The notes beneath the pieces are model-generated. The model was not told where the DNA came from, did no database searches, and saw nothing but the letters and a program-made list of their open reading frames with translations. Shown here in pieces: positions 48,677 through 57,952 of a stretch of DNA of 64,000 bases (position 1 is the stretch's first letter; each line of letters opens with the position of its first letter). A program made the translations under genes and the position numbers. Location of the stretch: positions 1-64,000 of the forward strand of contig JAZDMS010000001.1 in the NCBI GenBank assembly GCA_043800705.1, read 5' to 3'. This DNA is from Candidatus Altiarchaeota archaeon. Its GTDB lineage: Archaea > Altiarchaeota > Altiarchaeia > IMC4 > SCGC-AAA252-I15.

Positions 48677-50070
48677 TTCCCCGCCTCCAAAGCCTTCAGC
48701 AGCGCCTTCCCCTTGTTCATGGTCTCCTTGTATTCAAGCTCCGGCTTCGAGTCTGCGACTATCCCGGCCCCGACCTGGACGTATCCCTCGTCTTTCTCGA
48801 AGACGACAGTCCTGATGGCGATAGCGGTGTCCATCGACCTGTTGAAGCTGAAATACCCTATTGCGCCGGCGTATATCCCCCTGCGCGTCGGCTCCAGTTC
48901 GTCGATTATCTCCATCGCCCTGATCTTGGGGGCGCCGGACACCGTACCAGCGGGGAAGATGCTTTTTAGCGCGTTAAATTCGGTGAGGCCCTCCTTCAGA
49001 GTGCCTGTCACCTCGGAGCTCAGGTGCATGACGTGGCTGTACCTTTCTACTTCCATGAACTTCGGCACCTTGACGCTGCCGTACTCCGCCACTTTGCCGA
49101 CGTCGTTGCGGCCGAGGTCTATGAGCATCAGGTGCTCGGCCTTCTCCTTCTCGTCCGCAAGGAGTTCCTTCTCCATTGCATCGTCCTCTTCCGAATCCTT
49201 CCCCCTCTTCCTCGTCCCGGCGATGGGATACGTCGATACTGTCCTCCCTTCGACGCGGGCCAGGGTCTCCGGGCTTGATCCGACAACCTCCCTTTCGCCG
49301 AAGTCGAGGAAGTACATGTACGGGCTCGGGTTTATCTGTCTAAGGCGCTGATAGACCCTGAATTTGTCCCCCTCGTACTTCCTAGTGAGCCTCTGCGAAA
49401 GCACGATTTGGAAGGCGTCCCCCTCCCTTATGTAGTCCTTCGCATCCGAGACCGCGGATTCGAACTCCTGCCTGCTCATGTTTGCAATCGGCTCGATCCT
49501 CTCCGTCGCATCCTCCGCCTCGGCGTCTTGATGCGAGACGATCCTGTGGGAGATGTCCTCCAGCCTTCGAAGCGATGCTTCCACGTCCACCTCACTGCCG
49601 CCGAGAAAATGGTTCTCGACGAGGTACGTCTCCCTCGTCTTGTGGTCGAAGATAATGTTGTTCTTCGTGAGGACGAACTCGCAGTCCGGCTGTTTCAGGT
49701 CGTCGACTGCGTGCCCCATGCTGACATAGCCTCTGACGACGTCGTATCCCATGTAGCCGACGAATCCTCCGCTGAACCTTGACAGCGACGGCCCTCTCGA
49801 CGGATACGGGCTAATCAGCGATTCCAGGACATCGAAGGCGTTCTCGCCCTTCGGCTCCGCTTTGAATTCAGGATCGAACGTCTCTAAATTTATCGACCCG
49901 TCCTTCATGGATAATTTTGCGGCAGGGTTGAATCCTATAAAACTGTACCTGGCCTTCTTCAGACTCCCCCCAATCGACTCCAACAGGTACGTGTTGGGGC
50001 CGCGGACCGCAGAATACGTGTATTCCGGGTCTGATTCGCGGACCTTGATGAACGTCTGATTGACTTCCAT
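48673..50070 (-). CDS. trpE: Anthranilate synthase component I
   Basis: LLES, NPSPYM, PIAGT, EHLMLIDLGRND, PAGTVSGAPK; start ATG 50070. Confidence 0.96.
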   Translation of the reverse strand: MEVNQTFIKVRESDPEYTYSAVRGPNTYLLESIGGSLKKARYSFIGFNPAAKLSMKDGSINLETFDPEFKAEPKGENAFDVLESLISPYPSRGPSLSRFSGGFVGYMGYDVVRGYVSMGHAVDDLKQPDCEFVLTKNNIIFDHKTRETYLVENHFLGGSEVDVEASLRRLEDISHRIVSHQDAEAEDATERIEPIANMSRQEFESAVSDAKDYIREGDAFQIVLSQRLTRKYEGDKFRVYQRLRQINPSPYMYFLDFGEREVVGSSPETLARVEGRTVSTYPIAGTRKRGKDSEEDDAMEKELLADEKEKAEHLMLIDLGRNDVGKVAEYGSVKVPKFMEVERYSHVMHLSSEVTGTLKEGLTEFNALKSIFPAGTVSGAPKIRAMEIIDELEPTRRGIYAGAIGYFSFNRSMDTAIAIRTVVFEKDEGYVQVGAGIVADSKPELEYKETMNKGKALLKALEAGK

Positions 50071-50092
50071 GATCCAATAATATGTAAAAAGC

Positions 50093-50115
50093 ATATAAAT
50101 ATACAAAAATGTACT
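50093..50115 (-). promoter_or_regulatory. TATA box with adjacent TRP-box-like operator for trpE
   Basis: Minus-strand TTTATAT (50093-50099) next to TATACA-aaaa-TGTACT (50100-50115). Confidence 0.55.
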
Positions 50116-50254
50116 GTTAAGGGCATTGTTGCAAAGACGGGGGAAGGTCAAAAGCGTTGCAACGCGGGGGATGAAGGCGGAAACAGAAATAGAGACGGTA
50201 TTCTATTGAAATCTAGCGTATAGTTTACCCTCTATCCTGCCGCTTACTTTGTCC

Positions 50255-50458
50255 CTAGAGCAGATGCACGAGTACAGCTAACACGTTCAAGCCAAGCCAC
50301 CCTGCTAATAGCAGGATACCTAGTTTTATGGCTGCTTCAGCCATTCTTGACAAGACATCTGCCATTCGCATGAACAGATATCCGCCAATGAACAGTGCTA
50401 GGATTCCTCCTACACCGTTGCCTAAGAGAAGTAAGCTCCAAAAAGAGCTTGCTTCCAT
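50255..50458 (-). CDS. Small two-TM membrane protein
   Basis: 67-aa hydrophobic ORF. Confidence 0.55.
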   Translation of the reverse strand: MEASSFWSLLLLGNGVGGILALFIGGYLFMRMADVLSRMAEAAIKLGILLLAGWLGLNVLAVLVHLL

Positions 50459-50566
50459 GTTGTTGCAATTTTTATACTGGTAATCGGAGAATATAAAGAC
50501 TCATGTTGTTGCAAACTGGGTTAATTGGGGGGTATTGTTCTACACAATACCTATACCCCCCTAATT

Positions 50567-51080
50567 TTATCCTATTACAGACTGTCTTAGTAGGCCCATC
50601 CATTTGTTCTGTCCGAGATTGAGAATTATTCCTGCTTTCTGTGCTGGTGTTTGTCCTTCTAGTGCTTGGTGTTCTCGTATGTAGTTGTAGTAGTCATTAA
50701 ACCCGTCTACTAGGACTTGGGCTGTTTTGTTGTTCTTGTAGCTCCGTATTACCTTATCCCGTTCTCGTACTGTGTTATGGTATCGTTCTATCGCATTGTT
50801 GTTTTCCCTGTGGCTTCTTATGGTCGGGCATCGGAAATGTTTTGTAATACCTAACTGGCTCTTACTGGCTTTATTGTAGGCTTGTAAGCCGTCCGTAAAC
50901 AGGTATTCGGGTGTGGTTCCTGCCTGTTTCCTTGCCTTACTTAGGTGCTTGCTGGCATCCTCAATGTATCGTTGGTCTGTGATGTGTGAGCCTAGTAGGA
51001 AACGGCTGTCTTTGTCCATGACATTCCATTGCCACTTCTTCTTGCCTGCTATGTTCACCATCATCTCGTCAGAGTGCCGC
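50567..51080 (-). pseudogene. N-terminally truncated IS6-family DDE transposase
   Basis: HSDEMMV..W.WNVMD..SRFLL, TDGLQAY, NNAIERYHNT, YNYIREH..L.G.TPA; homology stops at ~51080. Confidence 0.85.
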
Positions 51081-51267
51081 TAAATTCAGGCAGGAAATAG
51101 CAAAACGCCTTGGCATGAAAAAAGGGAACATATAAACGGCTATAGAAGAGGCTATAACAGACTGGATTACAAAAAAATGACTATATTAACCTATTTTTCC
51201 AGTAATAAGCAAGAGAAAAGCAACAAGTATTTAAATACATATACGTACTGTGCTGTGAGGTGAAAAA

Positions 51268-51471
51268 ATGTCAAAGGTTGTGAAGGTTTTATACAAACCA
51301 GTTTCATCCATACCTGATGAAATAAGAGAAGCAAACAATATCCCTAGCCGTGGCTATGTAGAACTAAAATGGACAAACTCACAACCGTCATTTACGATAA
51401 CCCCCATAGGATTACCGGGTAGTAGGGTAAAAGATGTTTTAAAAGAAGAGGGGATAAAATTTAATCTTTAA
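51268..51471 (+). CDS. AbrB/MazE-like small DNA-binding protein
   Basis: IP.EIRE..NI....YVEL.W......ITPI pattern; GAGGTGA SD and TATA-like box upstream. Confidence 0.55.
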   Translation: MSKVVKVLYKPVSSIPDEIREANNIPSRGYVELKWTNSQPSFTITPIGLPGSRVKDVLKEEGIKFNL

Positions 51472-51488
51472 TTTTTTGGTGATATTTT

Positions 51489-52025
51489 TTGGATTCTACT
51501 CCTGAGAGTAATCCTTTTCGAGGGGCTACTCTAATACTCACAAAAGAACATATTCGACCATTGTTGAATGATAGTACTGACGATTACCAAATCCAATATC
51601 TCCTAGCATATGCAAGTGACTATGGATGTGATGTCTATATAACGGGGAAAGTGTTTAAAGAAATTAAGGAAGTTGTAGGAGAAAATAATACTGCTCTTCA
51701 AGCGATTAAGGGTTGTTTCAAAGATGGTAGTGACGATGTTGGAGAAACAGATTTCGGCAGCGAAGAACAGGATATGACTTACCTCTATTGTTCCCTATAT
51801 ACACAGGATAAGAATAAAAAAATATGGCTGGTTTATGATGATTATGATAAGATTAAATGCACTAATCACGACCATATAAAGCCTTTGCAAGCTCAACTAA
51901 AATTATGTGGGATAGATAAGATTAACATAAAAGTAATAAGTTTAGAAAAATTCGTTACAGCAACCGGAGTTTTCGATGAGGAATTTAAGAAGAAAATAGA
52001 CTCCTATTCTACAGGAACTTACTAA
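51489..52025 (+). CDS. Hypothetical protein, possibly a divergent PIN-fold toxin
   Basis: VYIT..VFKEI, EQD..YL, LVYDD, VISLEKF spacing is PIN-like; GGTGA SD before TTG. Confidence 0.45.
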   Translation: MDSTPESNPFRGATLILTKEHIRPLLNDSTDDYQIQYLLAYASDYGCDVYITGKVFKEIKEVVGENNTALQAIKGCFKDGSDDVGETDFGSEEQDMTYLYCSLYTQDKNKKIWLVYDDYDKIKCTNHDHIKPLQAQLKLCGIDKINIKVISLEKFVTATGVFDEEFKKKIDSYSTGTY

Positions 52026-52174
52026 AACCCCTACTTTAACATCCCCCGCCCTACAACACCTTGTTTTATCCCCCGCATACGCAATAGTGTCCTTATATGT
52101 TCATTATAGTGTTGAATGTGTCGGTTAGGAAGTCATCGGTAAATGGCAGACTGACCCTCCTCAGATCCCAAGTT

Positions 52175-52435
52175 TCACGTTTTAGGCTTCCCTTTTCCGA
52201 GTATGGCGGCCTCGTACCTGGGTTTTAGGTTAAGTATCCGTTCGACCGTCTCGATCCTTATTATCCCGAGTTCGATCATGGACCTGAGGAAAACCAGCAC
52301 CGCCACCGACTCGTCGAGGTTGCCGATGAAGGGTATGTTGTCCGGGAGGAACTCTATTATACCCATCCCCGGATTGACGAGGTACAGCCCCGAACCCGCC
52401 AATAACGCCAACCACCACAGCCTCCGTCCAGCCAT
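52175..52435 (-). CDS. DUF1232/YkvA family membrane protein
   Basis: YLVNP....EFLPDNIPFIGNLDE. Confidence 0.85.
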   Translation of the reverse strand: MAGRRLWWLALLAGSGLYLVNPGMGIIEFLPDNIPFIGNLDESVAVLVFLRSMIELGIIRIETVERILNLKPRYEAAILGKGKPKT

Positions 52436-52541
52436 CAGTTTATACATGACGTCCGAGAATAAAATACCAAAAAGCTGGCGTGTCGTCGACCGTCCTACTT
52501 TGCTCAATGATTTATCTGCGATAAACGGATATATTCTAACG

Positions 52542-55058
52542 ATGTTTGTCTGCGGGTTTTTCCGTGTTATCGCTTCATCGGCCGTAATCCTGTCTCTGTT
52601 TTTCCCCTCGGTATCTGCCGACGCCGTCGACCCGAATTCGGTCTTCGGAAGGTGCATGACTAAGTATTGTTGGCCTGGGGGCGAAAGCTGCGACAAGATA
52701 CTCTGCCCAACAGTAGTCTATGGGTGCTCCATCCCCTGCAGCCCAATCTACACCAACTACGGCTCCTCCTGCGTCTCGATGTGCGGCGAGATAGGCGACA
52801 TGAGCGACCCGTGCCTCGTCCAGTACGCGGACAAGGCCTTCGCATGCTTCAGCGGATGCGTAAAGGACAAGAATCCGGGCGGCTGCTCAGGCCAATGCAA
52901 GACCGAAGCCTACAAGGGCGTTGCGGCATGCAAGGAGAAATCGAAACCGACGACGACCCTGAAGCCGAAGCCGACAACTACCACCACCCTGAAGCTCTGC
53001 GACGACGATGGCAGCTGCGAAACGGGGGAGAACTGCCGCATGTGCGAGCGGACCAATGACTGTCCGTGCGGTGGGCTAAGGTGCGCTCCGGGCGCTGCCG
53101 GTGCAAACGCCAACGGATGCGTCGACCCATGCGCGACGATAAAGCATTCCCAATATGACCTCGCATCCGACTCCTGCCTATGCGAAAAAGGATACGTGAT
53201 GAATGGCGGAAAGAACCGCTGCGACCCGATAGTCACGTTCAAGGGGAGGGTCACGGACGGCCACGGCCACCCGATGAGGTACATGGTCATCAGCCTTGAA
53301 ATCGACGCGAAGGAATATGACGGGGTGACGAACGACAACGGAGAATACGAGTTCAAGGACGTGAAAGGGCTAGAACCCGACGCGAAGAATCCGCCCACGG
53401 CCGTATTGAAGGCGGAGCTCTCCTACGTCCGTGGGGGAAAGAACTACATAGTACTGCCCGCCGGATCGGCTCCCATGGAACTTGACCTCAAGTTCAACCT
53501 GCGGTCGGCCGCGGACATGTCGAAGGACATGGACTTCAGGGTAATCACCCTCGGAAAGGCTGTGCAGAAAGCCAAGGTCGGAGACGACGAATACAGCTCC
53601 CCCAATTATTATGTGGACCAGATAGACCACTTCTCGGGGATATACTACTACCTCTCCGATTCCGTGGAGTTCGCGCTGACAAAGCTCAAAGCCAACATAG
53701 ACTATAAGCTCCCCGTAGAGGTGCTGATCGAGGGGAATTCCACCTTCTATGCGCCGGTCGATTCGCGCATCCAGATCGGCCTCCGGGACGCCTCGTACGA
53801 TTCGGGGAACAGGCCGAAGAACCGCGAATACCACGAGTTCGCCCACCACATCATGTACGCCCAGTATGGCGCCTGGCCGCCGGACAGGTTGATGCCGGGC
53901 ACGAACAACCACGACGGATTCATCAATCCGTCCACCGCAGACTCGTACATGGAGGGTTTCGCGGAATTCATGGCAGTTGCGATGGCGGAGGGCTCCAAAG
54001 ACCCGGACATAGCCCAACCTCCACAACAGTATATGTGGCTGTACAACCTCGACAACAAGTACAAGCCTTGGATGATCAAGGGCACGGTCGAGGAGTTGGC
54101 TGTAGCGGGGATTCTATGGGACCTGCACAAGAGCGGCGAGACGTCCTTTAGCATCGAGGAGATGTGGGGGATATTGAAGGTGAAAAGGAGGAACTTCTAC
54201 GATTATTATGACGCATTCAAGCGGTCGTATCCGAAGAAGGCGGACGCAATAGACCGGATATTCACCGCCCACGGGTTCTTCGCGGACAAGAACAAGGGTA
54301 ACGGGGTCCGCGACTTCAACGAGCCCTACAGGGACGCAGACGGGAACAGGGCATACGACAAGGGCGAATATTTCATCGACTACGGTTTGAATCTGACGAC
54401 AACTGCGGATAAAGCCTCTGCGGTCCTCCTTGGCGAGAAGATAGAGTACGAGAAAGGCGAGAAGATAGGGGCCGCATCCAACTACGAGCGCCCGAACAGG
54501 ACACAGGCTGTAGAGATACCGAACGCCTTTATCAAGGTACCGGACGGGAGAGTCAGGTTCTACACGGTATCGATCCGCTTCAACGATCCCTCGCAGGGCA
54601 AAGACTACGACTATACGACCGAGGCTAGGCAGGGACTCATCTGCCTCGCACCGCTTCCGGAGGACGTCGATGCGACATACGCCGTTTCGCCTAAGTCCCA
54701 GGATTACTCATCGGAGCGGCCCTACACGATAACCAGCCGGGAATACCTCGTAAAATACTATTCAGCACCGGAGAGTCAGGGATTCTTCGATCAGCATTCA
54801 TTCGACCTAAAGGCTACGGGCCAGCACAAGGACCCCGAATACCGGGCCTTGGATGGGGTTCAGCCAAGCTGGGGGACCGACGGAGGCCCAGACGTCCAGG
54901 ACCCGACGGCTGTCAAAATCAAGCCAAGGACGCCGGGGACGAAGCCTTTCTCGGACGATAATGGAGGTTCGCAGGGCTGCTCATGCGTGCCTGCCCTCAC
55001 GGCCATAATCGCCTTGATGGCCACGTCGGTAACCAAATGGATAACCGAACCTTTTTAA
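52542..55058 (+). CDS. Secreted Cys-rich zinc metallopeptidase-like surface protein
   Basis: Signal peptide, Cys-rich N-terminus, GRVTD..G.P carboxypeptidase-regulatory-like domain, HEFAH plus EGFAEF, Ca-binding-like D/N motifs, C-terminal GCSCVP-hydrophobic tail. Confidence 0.75.
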   Translation: MFVCGFFRVIASSAVILSLFFPSVSADAVDPNSVFGRCMTKYCWPGGESCDKILCPTVVYGCSIPCSPIYTNYGSSCVSMCGEIGDMSDPCLVQYADKAFACFSGCVKDKNPGGCSGQCKTEAYKGVAACKEKSKPTTTLKPKPTTTTTLKLCDDDGSCETGENCRMCERTNDCPCGGLRCAPGAAGANANGCVDPCATIKHSQYDLASDSCLCEKGYVMNGGKNRCDPIVTFKGRVTDGHGHPMRYMVISLEIDAKEYDGVTNDNGEYEFKDVKGLEPDAKNPPTAVLKAELSYVRGGKNYIVLPAGSAPMELDLKFNLRSAADMSKDMDFRVITLGKAVQKAKVGDDEYSSPNYYVDQIDHFSGIYYYLSDSVEFALTKLKANIDYKLPVEVLIEGNSTFYAPVDSRIQIGLRDASYDSGNRPKNREYHEFAHHIMYAQYGAWPPDRLMPGTNNHDGFINPSTADSYMEGFAEFMAVAMAEGSKDPDIAQPPQQYMWLYNLDNKYKPWMIKGTVEELAVAGILWDLHKSGETSFSIEEMWGILKVKRRNFYDYYDAFKRSYPKKADAIDRIFTAHGFFADKNKGNGVRDFNEPYRDADGNRAYDKGEYFIDYGLNLTTTADKASAVLLGEKIEYEKGEKIGAASNYERPNRTQAVEIPNAFIKVPDGRVRFYTVSIRFNDPSQGKDYDYTTEARQGLICLAPLPEDVDATYAVSPKSQDYSSERPYTITSREYLVKYYSAPESQGFFDQHSFDLKATGQHKDPEYRALDGVQPSWGTDGGPDVQDPTAVKIKPRTPGTKPFSDDNGGSQGCSCVPALTAIIALMATSVTKWITEPF

Positions 55059-55260
55059 CGGCAAACTCTAATAAGAGCATCGGGTGGTTTATTGTGGCTA
55101 ATCTGAATCCCTCACACGGCAGGAAAAACGCGAGTCATCAATCTGAGAAACCCGACCTCATCCACGAGTGCAAGGGCAAGGCGGAGTGGTCGAAGGTCCC
55201 CGGTTGTCTCGTGGACATGCCAAACTGGCGGGATCTTTTACCGAAGAAGGAGCGTCACCA

Positions 55261-55896
55261 TCACGCCAAATGAAGTTTGAGGACGACGGACGACTCGATC
55301 TGCCTGTCGGAGATTGTCCAATACTTCCTCAGGAGGATGTCCTTCTCTTCAGGGCCCACCAGCATGAAGCCGTTCTTCTCGTAGAACCCTATCGCCCAGG
55401 TGGCGGCAGCCCATGTGCCTACGAGGACCGTATCTGCATGTGCCTCTTTTAGAAGATGCCTTATCAGACCACTGCCTATACCTTTCCCCTGGCTTTCAGT
55501 CAGCACATACGAGTGCCGTATGAGCGAAACATCGCCGACCTCCTGCAAACCCATGACTCCGACGAGCTTGAGGTCTCCAGCCTTCGGTCTTCCGTCTTCG
55601 GCAGGACCGTGGACAGCAGACTGTTTTCGGTCTTCGGTCCTCTGTCTTCGGTCTTGGGTCTTCAGTCTGCGGTCTTCGGATGCCTTAAGTTTTCCGTCTT
55701 CAGTCTCCATGACCGTAGACTGGAAACTGCAATAAAAAACTACTCCCGACTCGATATCTCTCGCCAAAGCCTCTTTTGACATGTACGGCTCATGCCAGCA
55801 GTCGTCGGGTATACGGCTGCGGTAGGCTTCTGCGGCATCGTTGACCACCGCATATATGCCGCAGAAATCCTCCGGACCGCATTCCCTGATGGCCAT
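55261..55896 (-). CDS. GNAT N-acetyltransferase with in-frame repeat insertion
   Basis: IPDDCWHEPYM, LVGVMG, QGKGIGS, GTWAAA.WAIGFYEKNGF. Confidence 0.9.
   Translation of the reverse strand: MAIRECGPEDFCGIYAVVNDAAEAYRSRIPDDCWHEPYMSKEALARDIESGVVFYCSFQSTVMETEDGKLKASEDRRLKTQDRRQRTEDRKQSAVHGPAEDGRPKAGDLKLVGVMGLQEVGDVSLIRHSYVLTESQGKGIGSGLIRHLLKEAHADTVLVGTWAAATWAIGFYEKNGFMLVGPEEKDILLRKYWTISDRQIESSVVLKLHLA
55575..55730. repeat. Heptamer (CTTCGGT-like) tandem repeats in both orientations
   Basis: Eight contiguous units at 55625-55680 plus flanking units. Confidence 0.85.
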
Positions 55897-55900
55897 GCCC

Positions 55901-56479
55901 TCAATAGTTCTCGGCTAAAACCTCGAAGTAAGCATGCGGGTGTTTGCAAGCGGGGCATTGGCTCGGCGCCTCCGTGCCTTCATGGACGAAGCCGCAGTTT
56001 CTGCAGTGCCACCTCGTCTTCTCCTTCTTCCTGAAGACCTCGGCCTTCGTTAGGTTCTCTATGAGCTTCCTGTACCTAGCCTCATGGAACCTCTCCACCT
56101 TCGCGATCTGGTCGAACGTGTTCGCAACATCTGGGAAGCCCTCCTTCCTGGCAACCTTCGCGAAATCGGAATACAGCATGGTCCACTCCATCTTTTCGCC
56201 TTCCGCCGCCGCCTCGAGGTTAGATCTGGCGTCCTTGATCTGGCCTGCCGGATATGCGGCGACTATCTCAACTTCCCCTCCCTCCAGGTGCTTGAAGAAC
56301 AGCTTCGCGTGCTCCTTCTCGTTTTCGGCGGTCTCGGTGAATAGCGCCGAGATATGCTCAAAGCCTTCCTTCTTCGCAGCCGAAGCGAAATACGTGTACC
56401 TGTTCCTAGCCTGTGACTCGCCGGCGAAAGCAGCCAGCAAGTTCTTCTCCGTCCTTGTTCCCTTTATGGATTTAGCCAT
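55901..56479 (-). CDS. rbr: Rubrerythrin
   Basis: AFAGESQARNRY, EKEH, ERFH, CRNCG...CPAC. Confidence 0.96.
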   Translation of the reverse strand: MAKSIKGTRTEKNLLAAFAGESQARNRYTYFASAAKKEGFEHISALFTETAENEKEHAKLFFKHLEGGEVEIVAAYPAGQIKDARSNLEAAAEGEKMEWTMLYSDFAKVARKEGFPDVANTFDQIAKVERFHEARYRKLIENLTKAEVFRKKEKTRWHCRNCGFVHEGTEAPSQCPACKHPHAYFEVLAENY

Positions 56480-56501
56480 ACTATGCCTCTTTTAGAGTAA
56501 A

Positions 56502-57002
56502 TCAAATGAACCTTGAAAACCTATCCTTCTTCGCCTTGCATATCGGGCATTCGCCCGGCGGCCCGTCCCTGGCGCACAGGTAGCCGCATACGTCGCATCT
56601 CCACACCGGGTACGAAAGCGACTTCCCCGAGCCCTGGAATCCCTGCCTGAGCCGGTCCTCCCCCCTCGGAGGCCTTCTCTCCGGGATCGGCTGGGCACTT
56701 TCCCGCCCGTCCTTGATATCCTTGGATACGTATAGTGCGCAGTAGCATGAGCCGTATTCGGAGAGGTCGGGGTCGCGGTAGTCGCAGGGGCAGATGATGT
56801 CCCGGTCATGATCCTTCCTCCCGGATGCTAGCCTGCAGGGGCATGCCATGTAGCCGTAGCGGCCCTCGTTCACGAGGAGGCCTTTGACCAGGCTCCGCGT
56901 GAATCCCGGATCCGGGTTCAGGTGGTATCCGAATCCTTCAGCCTCCCTGTCGAGCCTCTTTCGCACCCTGTCTATCTCCTCTCCGGGGATTTCAACATTC
57001 AT
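56502..57002 (-). CDS. Ferredoxin:thioredoxin reductase catalytic subunit fused to rubredoxin-like domain
   Basis: CPCR, CPCD, CYC motifs; C-terminal CDVCG..CPIC. Confidence 0.9.
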   Translation of the reverse strand: MNVEIPGEEIDRVRKRLDREAEGFGYHLNPDPGFTRSLVKGLLVNEGRYGYMACPCRLASGRKDHDRDIICPCDYRDPDLSEYGSCYCALYVSKDIKDGRESAQPIPERRPPRGEDRLRQGFQGSGKSLSYPVWRCDVCGYLCARDGPPGECPICKAKKDRFSRFI

Positions 57003-57283
57003 CTTTTCAGTGCTTTCTTGATATCGTCCTCTTTGAACCCGACAATTATCTTACCATCTATCTTTATCGTTGGGAATGAACTGGAAGGGTTTATCCTTTC
57101 TACTTCCTTGCATATCTCGTCAGCCTCCTTGTCGGACGCAAGGTCGGCGTATACGTAATAGTATTCGACGCCAAGGGTGTCCAGAAGCTCCCTCGTCATC
57201 CTGCACCATCCGCATGTGCTCAAAGCGTAAAGCGTCACCTTCCCTGCCTTCTTCCCGGAGACGTGCTTCAATTTTATCGCCAT
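56999..57283 (-). CDS. Glutaredoxin family protein
   Basis: LSTCGWC, NP..SFPT, IVGF. Confidence 0.92.
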   Translation of the reverse strand: MAIKLKHVSGKKAGKVTLYALSTCGWCRMTRELLDTLGVEYYYVYADLASDKEADEICKEVERINPSSSFPTIKIDGKIIVGFKEDDIKKALKR

Positions 57284-57369
57284 GCTATGCCTCGATACGA
57301 TATGGTCAACATTGGGCGGGCCTCTTTATATCCGCAACAGTAACCTGTTACTCATCGCATCTTTTAATA

Positions 57370-57948
57370 ATGCCGGGTAATTCATCAATCGTGAAAAGAC
57401 CGGATTGGCGCGTCTATGCGGCAGCCGCCGCCTTGTTGTTCATCGGCCTCGTCCTCCTGGCAGGCTGCATAAAAGGGCCCACGTACTCCTACGATATGTC
57501 CCTGTCAGACCCGTATAACGTCTCCGGCGTGGTGGAACTGAGGGTGAACGCTACCGCTAACGTACTCATAAACAACAGCGGACGCGACGAGCTCAGGTTC
57601 AAGGTCGAGCAGTCCGTATTGTCCGCCGCCTACCCGGACGGGAGGGTCGAAAAGGTGTATGGGAACGCCCCCGAAGGCAGTGTCCCCAAAGACGGCACAT
57701 ACCTCCTCAAACTCGAATTCGGGAATATCCCTGTCAAGTACGCCCTCGTCGACAATCCTCCGCGATTCCACCCCCTCATCGAATACTACGACGTCAACGT
57801 GACGTCATCGGGGTGGCAGAAGATTCTCTTCGTCTGGTCCCCTTCGCAGCGGTCGACGAAAAGCATCAGGATCCCGCTGAAGGACATGCCGCTTCAGGAT
57901 TACCTCAAAGATGTCAAAGAATCTTTGAGCCTGGAAGAGAACACCTAA
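57370..57948 (+). CDS. Lipoprotein with beta-sandwich domain
   Basis: Hydrophobic signal ending LAGC; start moved to ATG 57370 (or GTG 57391). Confidence 0.65.
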   Translation: MPGNSSIVKRPDWRVYAAAAALLFIGLVLLAGCIKGPTYSYDMSLSDPYNVSGVVELRVNATANVLINNSGRDELRFKVEQSVLSAAYPDGRVEKVYGNAPEGSVPKDGTYLLKLEFGNIPVKYALVDNPPRFHPLIEYYDVNVTSSGWQKILFVWSPSQRSTKSIRIPLKDMPLQDYLKDVKESLSLEENT

Positions 57949-57952
57949 TGGT

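Larger units (their letters stand above)
50118..52095. mobile_element. IS6-derived element with 56-bp imperfect terminal inverted repeats and passenger genes
   Basis: 50118-50173 versus reverse complement of 52040-52095 align ungapped (38/56 by hand count); GGCATTGTTGCAAA at 50122 resembles the IS26 IR; AT-rich interior. Confidence 0.7.

Noticed and set aside
50071-50094. MLFTYYWI as a Trp attenuator leader
   Set aside because: In frame with trpE, overlaps the TATA region, has no terminator hairpins; explained by AT-rich promoter sequence
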